From the NCBI GenBank assembly GCA_048940445.1, contig JBHLON010000023.1, positions 1 through 56,310 on the forward strand: a stretch of DNA of 56,310 nucleotides, given 5' to 3'. This DNA is from Promethearchaeota archaeon. Its GTDB lineage: Archaea > Asgardarchaeota > Lokiarchaeia > Sigyniarchaeales > SOKP01. Of the stretch, positions 42,775-52,579 are shown in pieces. Each line of letters begins with the position of its first letter. Position 1 is the first letter of the stretch. The notes beneath the pieces are model-generated. The model saw only the letters and a list, made by a program, of their open reading frames with translations. It was not told the origin of the DNA and did no database searches. The translations under genes and the position numbers were made by a program.

Positions 42775-43938
42775 TTGGAATATGATGTCATAATCATCGG
42801 TGCAGGTAGTGTTGGCGTTCCTACAGCATTAGCAACATCAAAAGAAGGATTAAAAACTCTTGTTATAGATTCTCTGCCTTCTGTAGCCCAAGCAGATAAT
42901 AAACATGCAATTGGAGGTATTCGAGCAACACATTCTCAAAAGAGCAAAATCTGGCTATGTCAAAGGTCTATTGAAATTTTTTCAACATGGGAAGAAGAAT
43001 TTGGAGATGATATTTGGTGGAACCAAGGAGGTTATACCTTTCTTGCTTTTACAGAAAAAGATGAAGAATTGTTAAAAAGTACAGTTAAATTACAAAAAAG
43101 TTACGGACTCAATATTGAATATGTTGAACCTGATACAATTAAACAATTAATACCAGGAATTAATTCACACCAACTATATGGAGGAACTCATAGTCCAGAA
43201 GATGGTAATGCCTCACCGTTATTATCAGTAAATGCTTTTTATCGTCATTCAAAAAATTATGGAGCTGAATATAGGTTTAATGAAAGCGTGACAGGAATTT
43301 TAACAAGTAATGGAGAAGTAACTAAAGTACAAACTACTAAGAGTTCATATAAAACTCGAAATGTCGTTAATTCAGCTGGGGCATATGCAACTGAGATTAG
43401 TAGAATGATTGGATTCGATCTGCCTATAGCTCCTGAATCTCATGAAGCGGGGATTACAGAGCCTATTAAAAATTTTTTCTCTACTATGATTGTTGATATT
43501 CAACCTGCAAAAGACGATACATTTGGAGATTCTAAAAACTATTACTTTTACCAAAATAAGGAAGGAAAAATTATTTTTTGCTTAACTCCGAAACCAAACA
43601 TACGTGGAGTAGATAGAAGAGAAACAAGTTCATTCTTACCTCAAGTTACGAAACGTATGGTTAGATTAATACCTCGTTTGAAAAATATTAAAGTAAGGCG
43701 TACTTGGAGAGGTTTATACCCTATGACTCCTGATGGTAATCCAATTTTGGGAAGAGTTGATGATGTGAGAGGTTATACTAACGCAGTTGGGATGTGTGGA
43801 CAAGGTTTTATGTTAGGACCTGGACTTGGAGAACTAATAAGCAGAATCTTATCTGAGAATTTAACAGAGAAAGATAAAGAGATTCTTTTTGATCTTAGAT
43901 GCTCTCGTGAATTTTGCCAAGAAGAAGAGTTAAAATAA
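42775..43938 (+). CDS. FAD-dependent DAO-family amino-acid dehydrogenase (proline dehydrogenase / sarcosine oxidase beta-like)
   Basis: GAGSVG, GGIRA, RTWRGLYPMTPDG.PILG, GQGFMLGP. Confidence 0.87.
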   Translation: MEYDVIIIGAGSVGVPTALATSKEGLKTLVIDSLPSVAQADNKHAIGGIRATHSQKSKIWLCQRSIEIFSTWEEEFGDDIWWNQGGYTFLAFTEKDEELLKSTVKLQKSYGLNIEYVEPDTIKQLIPGINSHQLYGGTHSPEDGNASPLLSVNAFYRHSKNYGAEYRFNESVTGILTSNGEVTKVQTTKSSYKTRNVVNSAGAYATEISRMIGFDLPIAPESHEAGITEPIKNFFSTMIVDIQPAKDDTFGDSKNYYFYQNKEGKIIFCLTPKPNIRGVDRRETSSFLPQVTKRMVRLIPRLKNIKVRRTWRGLYPMTPDGNPILGRVDDVRGYTNAVGMCGQGFMLGPGLGELISRILSENLTEKDKEILFDLRCSREFCQEEELK

Positions 43939-43984
43939 ATTTTTATTTCTCAATTTATTATATGAAATAAATTAAGGTAATAAG

Positions 43985-44932
43985 ATGGTAATATACATGG
44001 TACGACATCTTACTAAAATATCTGATTTTTCAAAAGATGAATGCGAGAAAGTGATAAATCAAGCAATTAAGATAAAAAAAGATCCTGAAAAGCATCAGAT
44101 GGCTTTAAAAGGAGAAACTTTATTGATGTTATTTGAAAAGCCCTCGTTAAGAACACGAATATCTTTTGAAACAGGGATGCAACAATTAGGAGGTCATGCA
44201 ATTTTTTATTCTATAACAGATTCTCCTCTTGGAAAGAAAGAAAATATTCAAGATACCGCTAAAGTAGCATCTCGTTATGTAAATCTCATTGCTGCTCGAG
44301 TGTTTAAAAGACAAGATATTTGGGATTTAGCTAAATATTCAGAGGTTCCAGTTATTAATATGCTCGATGATTTCGCACATCCATGCCAGATTTTAGCAGA
44401 CTTTATGACAATTAAAGAGAAAAAAGATCAATTATCGAATTTAAAACTAGCATATTTTGGAGACGCCCATAATAACGTAACCTATGATTTAATGCGAATG
44501 TGTGCGATATATGGCTTGAGAATGGATATTGCATGTCCAAGCGGAGTTGAGTATACTCCAGAGCAAATAGTGTTAGATGAGGTTAAAGAATTATCAAAAC
44601 CGACTGGGGCAGAAGTAAAAGTAATGCATAATTCATTTAAAGCAGCAGAAGGTTCAGATATAATCTATACAGATTCTTGGATGAGCTATGGTATACCTGC
44701 AGAGAAAGAAGAAGAAAGAAAAAAAGCTTTTATGCCTTTTCAAGTAAATTTAAATGTGCTAAAATCAGCTAAAAAAGATGTCATTTTTATGAATTGTTTA
44801 CCAGCTATGCGGGGATATGAACAAACAGCTGAAGTGATCGATGGACCTCATTCAATTGTTTATGATGAGGCTGAAAATAGACTTCATGCCCAGAAGTCAT
44901 TAATGCTTTTACTAAGAAATAAATTTGATTAA
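43985..44932 (+). CDS. argF: Ornithine carbamoyltransferase
   Basis: KPSLRTR, HPCQ, NNVTYDL, TDSWMSY, MNCLP, EAENRLH; the start may be ATG 43997. Confidence 0.93.
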   Translation: MVIYMVRHLTKISDFSKDECEKVINQAIKIKKDPEKHQMALKGETLLMLFEKPSLRTRISFETGMQQLGGHAIFYSITDSPLGKKENIQDTAKVASRYVNLIAARVFKRQDIWDLAKYSEVPVINMLDDFAHPCQILADFMTIKEKKDQLSNLKLAYFGDAHNNVTYDLMRMCAIYGLRMDIACPSGVEYTPEQIVLDEVKELSKPTGAEVKVMHNSFKAAEGSDIIYTDSWMSYGIPAEKEEERKKAFMPFQVNLNVLKSAKKDVIFMNCLPAMRGYEQTAEVIDGPHSIVYDEAENRLHAQKSLMLLLRNKFD

Positions 44933-45078
44933 AATTTTCGTTATACTATAAAAAATAGGAGGAAATATGTAAGATACATATTTCCAAAAGAAAATTCATC
45001 TAATGAGTAGAAGTTGGAAAATTTGTGATCACTTTTCAATCAAGAAATAACTATTTAAAACCCTTGAAAATAAAAAGT

Positions 45079-45558
45079 CTAAAATAGTTTAGAACTTTTT
45101 TTACATTTAATCTTAGGGAAGAAATCATAATCAAAACAAGAAATGTGTTTTAATAATTCATTGGTATGCTTTAAATCAATTTCACTTAATATTAAGAAGA
45201 GTCTTATCAAATGGGAGCAAAAATGTTTATTAAATTTGTTCAAGAAACGAAATTCTTTGCACTTATGGTGAATATATTGCATTTTTTTATTTATTTCAAT
45301 AATACATTCCTTAGATGGTTGATTTTGAATTATACATTTAATTGTTCCACTATCTATATTTAACTCTATAAATTTAAATTGTGAAGATAACATACCCCCA
45401 CTTTTAATTAGAGTCTCCCTTTTAGAAAAAGATAGTAATAACCGCTTAAAATGATCTTTAAGGGGAGGTCCACCTTTAGTTAAAATTTGAGAAGACTTGG
45501 ATCTAGTTGCATTTCTTAATTGTAATTCCCAATCAAAAAATGAGAGGGGTTTTTCCAT
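45079..45558 (-). CDS. SWIM-like zinc-finger protein
   Basis: H-x-C..(x13)..C-x-H-L pattern (HKCKEF...FCSHL) after beta strands. Confidence 0.55.
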   Translation of the reverse strand: MEKPLSFFDWELQLRNATRSKSSQILTKGGPPLKDHFKRLLLSFSKRETLIKSGGMLSSQFKFIELNIDSGTIKCIIQNQPSKECIIEINKKMQYIHHKCKEFRFLNKFNKHFCSHLIRLFLILSEIDLKHTNELLKHISCFDYDFFPKIKCKKSSKLF

Positions 45559-45757
45559 ATATTTCTAAAAAGTCTTGAAATTTATAACTTAAAAGAGGGA
45601 AGAAGTTTTCTCATTTTTTTATTTTACCAAAGAGATTATAGAGTCGGAAAATTATGATATATTTTGTGAAATTTAGAGTCTTATAACATTAAACCCATTT
45701 TAACTCATAAAGGTTATATATGGTTGTAATTAAAATTTATAATAAGAAAATAATAGA

Positions 45758-47065
45758 GTGAGATTAATGAATGAAGAAAAAAAGAGTTTAAGGGAAAGAC
45801 TTTCTATAATAACTTCATTTCATAGATTATTTAGTCTCAGTCATATGGTATATACAATTCTATTCTTCATAATTCTTGTAATCATTACTATTTTGATACT
45901 TTTTCCAATAGAAGGAATTGGAAATACTGCTTTGTATATAACAATTTCATTTGCTCTCTCATATACTATTTTAATGATTATGGGGATCTTCCCTCAATTG
46001 GACCGGTATTTATTTCCTAAAGGAAAAAAAAGTGCTATTAAGAAATTCATTGTATTTATAATTATTTTTGTAGTTTGCCTTTTATTGATTTTGGTTTATT
46101 TCCAATACGGTTCTTCTGCTCAACTCTTTATCCAATTTTTAGGATGGGATATATTTCTTCCTTACTTATGCATATTTATTTTTTTTGGATGGAATTTAAT
46201 TCAGATCTTCTTTATTAGAAGAATATTCGAAGATATTGCTACTAAAGTAAATGAAAAAATAATTAGGAATCCAACAAATTCAGAGAAAAATAAGATTGCT
46301 AGTTATTTTATCTTAAGTATTGGTTTATTTTTGCCTATCTTACTCCAAATAGTTACTTATTTTGGTCTTATTAATTATTTTGAACCCCAAAGTCCATGGT
46401 TTCTTGGATGGAATATATGTATGTATGTTATAATAGTTTTAACTTCTTACAGGTTAATCACATTGTTTATGAAAAGTATGAAACATGAATCTCCCAATGT
46501 ATTTAGTTCAATATTTTATATTTTTATCTGGTTTTATTTATGGTATAGATCTTTTAGTTTTATCTGGTCATTTAGAAGAATTACATCTCCAGTTGGATTA
46601 GATATTTTTCGAATTATTACTGATATTTTCTTAATGATACTAACAGCGTTTATAGTTTTAAAGAGTCTCGGAAATAAGCTTTCCAAGTTTAAGATCTTTA
46701 ATCAAAATAATTTACCCTTCTTTTTATTTACATTTACAATCCTATACTTTGAAGGGCAAATAATAATGATTATGGGAGCAGGTTCGGTCCTTGGTTCTTA
46801 TACTAGTCAAAACCAAATTGATCTTGTAAATAATTTTTTGATTATATTAATCACTCTCATTTTTTATTGGTGGTATGCTGAAATAATTTTAGAAAGAAAG
46901 AATTTCATTTTCAAGCGAAGCTTTAAGCAGGAGGAAGTTATCACTCTCGTGAAGGAATTTAAAGATTATTTGGAAAATACTGGAGCACTTGAACCAGGCA
47001 AGATTAATGAATTTGAGTTTCAAGATTTTCTAAAAAAGAAAAAGCTGAAAGGAAAAGAATCCTAA
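45758..47065 (+). CDS. Polytopic membrane protein of unknown function
   Basis: About 10 hydrophobic segments in 435 aa; start may be ATG 45767. Confidence 0.75.
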   Translation: MRLMNEEKKSLRERLSIITSFHRLFSLSHMVYTILFFIILVIITILILFPIEGIGNTALYITISFALSYTILMIMGIFPQLDRYLFPKGKKSAIKKFIVFIIIFVVCLLLILVYFQYGSSAQLFIQFLGWDIFLPYLCIFIFFGWNLIQIFFIRRIFEDIATKVNEKIIRNPTNSEKNKIASYFILSIGLFLPILLQIVTYFGLINYFEPQSPWFLGWNICMYVIIVLTSYRLITLFMKSMKHESPNVFSSIFYIFIWFYLWYRSFSFIWSFRRITSPVGLDIFRIITDIFLMILTAFIVLKSLGNKLSKFKIFNQNNLPFFLFTFTILYFEGQIIMIMGAGSVLGSYTSQNQIDLVNNFLIILITLIFYWWYAEIILERKNFIFKRSFKQEEVITLVKEFKDYLENTGALEPGKINEFEFQDFLKKKKLKGKES

Positions 47066-47091
47066 TATTAACAAAATATTGATGATAAAAA

Positions 47092-47271
47092 TCAATCTTT
47101 AAAAAATTTAAGAAAATCTGATTTTTCTTGGATAGAAAGAATTTGATCATCACTAAACCTAGAAAAATCTTTTTTATGGAATTCCAATTTACAATTTGGG
47201 CATTCTATTGAATTTATATATTCAATTACTTTAACATTCTTGCATCTAGGGCAATGAAATTCCTTATCCAT
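47092..47271 (-). CDS. Small zinc-ribbon protein (59 aa)
   Basis: Manual translation MDKEFHCPRCKNVKVIEYINSIECPNCKLEFHKKDFSRFSDDQILSIQEKSDFLKFFKD; CxxC-x13-CxxC; TTTAAATA upstream; below the ORF-track cutoff. Confidence 0.75.
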   Translation of the reverse strand: MDKEFHCPRCKNVKVIEYINSIECPNCKLEFHKKDFSRFSDDQILSIQEKSDFLKFFKD

Positions 47272-47431
47272 TTTTGTAAATGGGATATGTATCTATAGAA
47301 AAAAGTATGATTCTGACTATTTAAATATCTCTATAATTCGATAATTTTCTTTTAAATAACTTTAATCTACATAAATGATATGAAATAAGATATGGAAAGA
47401 AATCACATAAAACAAGCTATAAGAAAAAATT

Positions 47432-48175
47432 ATGGAAACCAAGAGAAAGGAAATTAACTTTTTAGAAAAGAAGCAAAAATTAGAATCCTTAGTAAAATGT
47501 ATCTTTACTTTCAAAACTGAGCGGCTAAGATTAAAGGTTCTTGAAAAGATTTCTGTAATGAATTTGAGGAATTATGATCTATTTCCTATTTTAAAAAGAC
47601 TTATTTCAGAAGATCCTAATACAGAAATGCGAATTTTAGCCATTAAAATACTCCACAAACAATACCAAAAGAAATGTGAACATTTAGTAAAAGTAGCTAT
47701 AAAAAATGAAGATTATTTTGACATTCCAATTATCGTTTCAGGAAAAAGTAAGCGATACAATTTTAATGATCTGATAAGTTTTTCTATTGAGAAGATGAAA
47801 TATGGAGAGATTATGGTCAATAAGTTGCTTAATACAGAATTACTTGACTTTCTACTTGATTGGAGGCAATATAGGGACATATTTCATATTTATTATGACA
47901 TAAGGTTAGAGTGCTTTATATTAGTTTATAAAGCAAGTCTTAAGCTGGGTTATTTATGTTCTAACTATAATGATCATTTTTCTCACTTAAAAATTGAGAA
48001 TGAAGATAAAATTGAAGAATTTAGTCAAGATTCTATATTATATATTTTTGCTAATACTTTTCACACTTTGAAGAGTGAGATAAGAGTCGTTCATTTAAGT
48101 CAAAGTAAGAGTGAAATCTATCCTACCTTAAAGATCATTGATGAAGTATCACATATATCATGCTACATAGAATAA
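47432..48175 (+). CDS. Hypothetical protein with N-terminal HEAT-like helical repeat
   Basis: LRLKVLEKI / LISEDPNTEMRILAIKIL pattern. Confidence 0.6.
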   Translation: METKRKEINFLEKKQKLESLVKCIFTFKTERLRLKVLEKISVMNLRNYDLFPILKRLISEDPNTEMRILAIKILHKQYQKKCEHLVKVAIKNEDYFDIPIIVSGKSKRYNFNDLISFSIEKMKYGEIMVNKLLNTELLDFLLDWRQYRDIFHIYYDIRLECFILVYKASLKLGYLCSNYNDHFSHLKIENEDKIEEFSQDSILYIFANTFHTLKSEIRVVHLSQSKSEIYPTLKIIDEVSHISCYIE

Positions 48176-48226
48176 ATTATTTTTATCTTTACTAATTTCA
48201 ATAGAGAAACATAATAAACTCAAACT

Positions 48227-48910
48227 TTACCAAAAAATCAAATGGATACTATATGCGATTTGACTGAGCCCAATTGTTAAACTCCCGAAAAAATAGATAA
48301 ATCCTGCTACTTTTAATGAAGAATCATTATTAACATATGCATGAATCAATAGAAAAAGGATTGCTAATACATTGAAAATGCCTCCAAGTGAAAAAATTTG
48401 GAAAAGAATTGAATAAAGGTAGAAGCTGGAGAATTTAAAAACACGATCTAATATATATACTAGATTAGAGACATTAGAAAATGGTGAGAAAAGAGTAATA
48501 CAAGCCCATATTGTAAAAATAAGCCAAGAGATACCCGTGTACATAAGATAATTTTTAATTGAGCTTCGATTCTTATAGCCATAAATAAAAAATACTATTC
48601 CGAATGAATAGACTTTTGGAATATATGTAAGCAAAGAAGGTAAAATGTATAAAAACAGAATCAATGCCATCGTTTCCTCATTAGTTGGACTATATGAGGT
48701 AGCACTAATAGGAATGAAAAATAGGGAGATAATACTAATAAAATTAACTATTGCCGCAGATTTTAAAAGAATTTTCAATATAGGAGCTCTCTCTTTCTTT
48801 TGGCTTGCAATGATTAAAAAAATACTAAATGCGATCATATAAGCGCTATACATGGCTAAAGGTAAGAAAGAAGCAAAAGAATTAAACCAAAAATGAAAGA
48901 TTATTGTCAA
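48227..48910 (-). CDS. Six-TM membrane protein of unknown function
   Basis: About six hydrophobic segments in 227 aa. Confidence 0.7.
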   Translation of the reverse strand: MTIIFHFWFNSFASFLPLAMYSAYMIAFSIFLIIASQKKERAPILKILLKSAAIVNFISIISLFFIPISATSYSPTNEETMALILFLYILPSLLTYIPKVYSFGIVFFIYGYKNRSSIKNYLMYTGISWLIFTIWACITLFSPFSNVSNLVYILDRVFKFSSFYLYSILFQIFSLGGIFNVLAILFLLIHAYVNNDSSLKVAGFIYFFGSLTIGLSQIAYSIHLIFW

Positions 48911-49089
48911 TTTTCTTCCTTAGGTTAATTTTTAATAATTCTATTAATATAAGAGATTTCACATATAAATTCTTCAGTTTATAAGTAAGTTAACGAACCA
49001 TAAAAAGATAATTAATGATTTCTAATATAGAAGGAAATATTGGTATAAATTTACTGATTCTTTTCCTAAATCTTTTTCTTCAAAAACTT

Positions 49090-49470
49090 CTATTCCTGAA
49101 GAATTTTAATTCCTTGTATCAAATGGCGTGGGGAAATTCCATAAAGCAAAGCTTCATGTAGTACTTTAACATCCACCATATTTAACTTTATATTCGATCC
49201 TTTCAAATTGTGTTCTTTCATTAATCGAGTAATAACTTTATAGGATGTCTCATCCTTTAGTTTTCCAAAGCAACCTCCAAATGCTGTAAACATATTATAA
49301 ATTAACTCTCTTTCTTTATTTGTAAATCTCTCAGCACATTTACAGCAAATCACCTGAAAATCATTACCTATTTTGACAATTTGAGGTTGCATTCCCATAT
49401 CATTATGACATAATTTGCATACGACGGGTTTTAATTTCCTTTTCTCTGAAATTAAATCTTGTACGATCAT
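49090..49470 (-). CDS. Zinc-finger protein (CxxC...CxxC) with helical C-terminus
   Basis: CKLC and CCKC pairs. Confidence 0.7.
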   Translation of the reverse strand: MIVQDLISEKRKLKPVVCKLCHNDMGMQPQIVKIGNDFQVICCKCAERFTNKERELIYNMFTAFGGCFGKLKDETSYKVITRLMKEHNLKGSNIKLNMVDVKVLHEALLYGISPRHLIQGIKILQE

Positions 49471-49491
49471 ATTATTTCCTATTCTAGATTC

Positions 49492-49507
49492 TATTTAAAG
49501 GAAAAAA
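49492..49507 (-). promoter_or_regulatory. Shared promoter motif TTTTTTCCTTTAAATA before the Zn-finger gene
   Basis: TATA 21 nt upstream of ATG 49470; near-identical to the motifs at 52550 and 53536. Confidence 0.6.
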
Positions 49508-49512
49508 GTTAA

Positions 49513-51249
49513 CTAAAATAATTTTTCAATTAAGAGATTTAGTAGAAAAATAAATCTTGGAATGACAGGGAGAATTTCTTCAAGAAAAACTATTTTCTCT
49601 TCATGGACAGCTCTTCTAAGTGGTACAATAATCTCACATATTTCTCTTACAATACTTAAAGAAGAGTTATCAAATTTACTTTTCAAAATATTAAAAAAGT
49701 CTTGTACATCAGGAGGATTTTGCGGGTTATTTAGATCCCTTAAGATATGAAGCCATTTTCCAGAAGAAATATTTCTCTTTTTTCGTAGAAAACCGCCAAA
49801 TTTTTTTTCAAATTCCTTTGAAGTTTGATTAGTGGAAGATTTTTTTCTATATTGAGTAATGAATGGTCTAAATTGAACAGCAACTTTTCTTTTTAGGATC
49901 ATTTCGAACCCCTTATTATATTGTACAATTACGGGGGTTGCATCCATCTTAGTTTGAGTCTTTCTTGTCCCAAAGTCAAATTCTGCCGTTTGTAAGATTC
50001 TCTTAATAGTCTCATTAGGAATTTGATTAAGATTTAAAGCACCTAATTCAAGACTCTTCGGAGTTCTTCCCAAAAGGGTTTGGATTTCTCCTATTTCACT
50101 CAATAAATATTCAGTATTTTTACTCGACAGATCATTATCAATTAAATTCTCAATTTCGGTTAATTTCTCGAACATTGATTTGTCATCTTGATGTTCTTTC
50201 TTAGATATATCTTCGTGTATTTGACCATTAGTTAAAGAAGAATCATCAGTATGTGAGTCTTTGAAATCAAAAATCTCTATAATAGTATGGTTAGGCACTT
50301 TTAGCTTTTGTAACACATACTGAAAATCGATAATATCATCCTCATTAAGAACATATTTGGTTTTATCCATTGATACCCATTGGGTTAGAAATTCCTCATC
50401 GATCCCATTAACCCAATGATGATTGCGCAAATAATCATAAAGTTTGAGTGGATAATATAGCTGTTCAGTGCTTAAGTTAGCACTATTTACTTTCTGTTTA
50501 CGATAATCATGGATAAGTTGCATGAACTCTTTTCCAATCATTTTATTTTTGGAAACAATGAGATCATACTCATCTGAAAATGGATTTACATATATTGACT
50601 TTTCTACTCTTCCTAATGTATATAATCTAGATGAAATATCTGGAATTTCAATTTTGTAATAAAATCTAGTATAGTTTAGCACTTTATCCCAATGCTTAGG
50701 ATCAATTTCAGCTAATAATTTAGAAATAGTTCGGGCGTTTCCCGAATCATTCAATTCAGTATAGATATTAGTTGCAATAGTTCTAATCTTCAAGATTCTA
50801 TCCTGAAGAATCGATGTATTTTTTGAAGAAGAAATCAGAAACTTCTCAAATTCGAGGTCTTCAGGAGTTAAATTGAGAAATCTTTTACTTTTTTTATTGT
50901 AAAAAATGAACTTATCTTCCCTCACATGAGAAGATATATCTTCATGACAATTTATAACGCAATGAATATCTTCGAGACTGATGATCTCTTCAAGTTGAGT
51001 CTCATTTACATTTGTAATAAAAAAGAGAGAAGGATTCTGAGAATAAGAGTTATATTTCTCTAACTCAAGAACCTCTCGTACGTTATGGAGTGCAGTAGAG
51101 TCCAAATCAACAATATTGTATCCCACAGCAAAGATGTCTAAAGATCGTAAATGCTTCAGATCCACATAGGGAAAAATAACTACACTTTTTTGCTGAAAAA
51201 ATAAAATATTAAAAAATTCCGGTTGAATAAAGTCAAATGCAGTATCCAT
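49513..51249 (-). CDS. Multidomain hypothetical protein with C-terminal HEPN/Swt1-like helical domain
   Basis: LQTAE..DATPVIVQYNKGFEMIL..SSGKW..LRRAVH; start 14 nt after the mglA stop. Confidence 0.55.
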   Translation of the reverse strand: MDTAFDFIQPEFFNILFFQQKSVVIFPYVDLKHLRSLDIFAVGYNIVDLDSTALHNVREVLELEKYNSYSQNPSLFFITNVNETQLEEIISLEDIHCVINCHEDISSHVREDKFIFYNKKSKRFLNLTPEDLEFEKFLISSSKNTSILQDRILKIRTIATNIYTELNDSGNARTISKLLAEIDPKHWDKVLNYTRFYYKIEIPDISSRLYTLGRVEKSIYVNPFSDEYDLIVSKNKMIGKEFMQLIHDYRKQKVNSANLSTEQLYYPLKLYDYLRNHHWVNGIDEEFLTQWVSMDKTKYVLNEDDIIDFQYVLQKLKVPNHTIIEIFDFKDSHTDDSSLTNGQIHEDISKKEHQDDKSMFEKLTEIENLIDNDLSSKNTEYLLSEIGEIQTLLGRTPKSLELGALNLNQIPNETIKRILQTAEFDFGTRKTQTKMDATPVIVQYNKGFEMILKRKVAVQFRPFITQYRKKSSTNQTSKEFEKKFGGFLRKKRNISSGKWLHILRDLNNPQNPPDVQDFFNILKSKFDNSSLSIVREICEIIVPLRRAVHEEKIVFLEEILPVIPRFIFLLNLLIEKLF

Positions 51250-51263
51250 TTCATTATCCTTTA

Positions 51264-51941
51264 TTAAATTAGATTCAGTTTATTCTTGAAGTAATGAAAA
51301 ATCACTTGAATGATTAAATCTTCAAAACATTCTTTAACATTTTCACCTGTAAGAGCAATTACTGGATAGACTACTTGTGTTCCATCCTCATAGGATTCGG
51401 ATGTAGGAAGTCCTAATTGTTTTTTGAACTCATTTATCATAATGGCATTCTCTAAATCCCTTTTATTCAATTGAATCACATAAGGAATCTTGGTTTTCTT
51501 TGTAAAACTAACTAACTCTCGGAAACTTCTTTTATTCTGTTCAATCTCTTCAGGATTGGAATCAGCAACAAACACCACTCCATCTGCTCCATCTAGTACA
51601 TACTCTCTGGTCTGTAGAAACCTCTCTTGTCCTGTACACGTAACTATTTGAGTAATTACATTAAATTTAACTTCTCCTAAATCAATGAAAAATGATACTC
51701 TAATAGAGTCTTGCCATAGGGTTCTACCATCAGTAGTCTCAATTGAAATCCCTTTATTCAATAAAATCCCATTGAACTTCTCTCTAAGCCTAAAATAGTT
51801 GGTTGTTTTTCCACTCTCACCTGGACCCCAAAATACTATTTTGAATTGGAGTACATCCTTAAGGGTTTTAGGTGTAGTTTCTCTATTTATCACCATATCT
51901 TTCCTTTTTGACTTGCCTTTTATATTTGAATCTGCTGACAT
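51264..51941 (-). CDS. mglA: MglA-family small GTPase
   Basis: KIVFWGPGESGKTTN (G1), GRTL (G2 with intrinsic Arg), TCTGQ (MglA-type G3), GADGVVFVADS, QLNKRDL (G4). Confidence 0.88.
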   Translation of the reverse strand: MSADSNIKGKSKRKDMVINRETTPKTLKDVLQFKIVFWGPGESGKTTNYFRLREKFNGILLNKGISIETTDGRTLWQDSIRVSFFIDLGEVKFNVITQIVTCTGQERFLQTREYVLDGADGVVFVADSNPEEIEQNKRSFRELVSFTKKTKIPYVIQLNKRDLENAIMINEFKKQLGLPTSESYEDGTQVVYPVIALTGENVKECFEDLIIQVIFHYFKNKLNLI

Positions 51942-51966
51942 TTTATGCTACCCTCCCTTAACTGCC

Positions 51967-52500
51967 CTATGCAGATCCAAATATCTTCTGCTTTAGATTT
52001 TTCAAATAGTCTTTAAGTTCTGTTTCATTCATTTCTAGTTTGGTTAAGATCTCTCTACTCTCCTTAATTGCTTCGCGAATTCTTTCAGCGAATTTACTCA
52101 TTTGGAGGATTAACACGCCAATATTTACCTCTTTATCTACTAGAAGAATGACCAATATCTCCCTATTACCCTTATTGGGAAGGTCAATCTTCCCAACTGA
52201 CTTAACATAAAGTTGTAGATCCTTGAAAATGAGGGTAGCTCGTATCAAAGCTTGAGTTCCAAAAAAATCTTGTGCTTGTCTTGCTACACCATATAATGCC
52301 GCTCCGATAGAACTTAAATCCCAGTAATTCAGTTTTCTATCAAATCGAGAGTCAATAGCGATAATTTTGGCATCTTGGTCGATAGTAATAAGTCCATAAA
52401 TAAAGCCCCTTCTCGTGAGTTTTCCATAACTCAGACGAATCTCATCTAAGACATCTGAAATTTCATTATCATACAATACTTTTGGTACATAAAATGACAA
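51967..52500 (-). CDS. MglB-like roadblock/LC7 domain protein with coiled-coil tail
   Basis: IDQDAKII, LSSIGAALYGVARQ..FFG, LYVKSVG, NIGVL; 25 nt upstream of mglA. Confidence 0.8.
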   Translation of the reverse strand: MSFYVPKVLYDNEISDVLDEIRLSYGKLTRRGFIYGLITIDQDAKIIAIDSRFDRKLNYWDLSSIGAALYGVARQAQDFFGTQALIRATLIFKDLQLYVKSVGKIDLPNKGNREILVILLVDKEVNIGVLILQMSKFAERIREAIKESREILTKLEMNETELKDYLKNLKQKIFGSA

Positions 52501-52549
52501 TTTTTGTTATCACATCCTTTAATATTCTAAAAAGAGAATAAAAGATGAA

Positions 52550-52566
52550 TATTTAAAGGAAAAATT
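52550..52566 (-). promoter_or_regulatory. Shared promoter motif AATTTTTCCTTTAAATA before mglB
   Basis: TATA 49 nt upstream of TTG 52500. Confidence 0.6.
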
Positions 52567-52579
52567 GAAATAAGGTGCT

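Noticed and set aside
48227-48910. Membrane protein as a rhodopsin or GPCR-like 7TM
   Set aside because: Only about six TM segments and no retinal-binding Lys motif in a seventh helix
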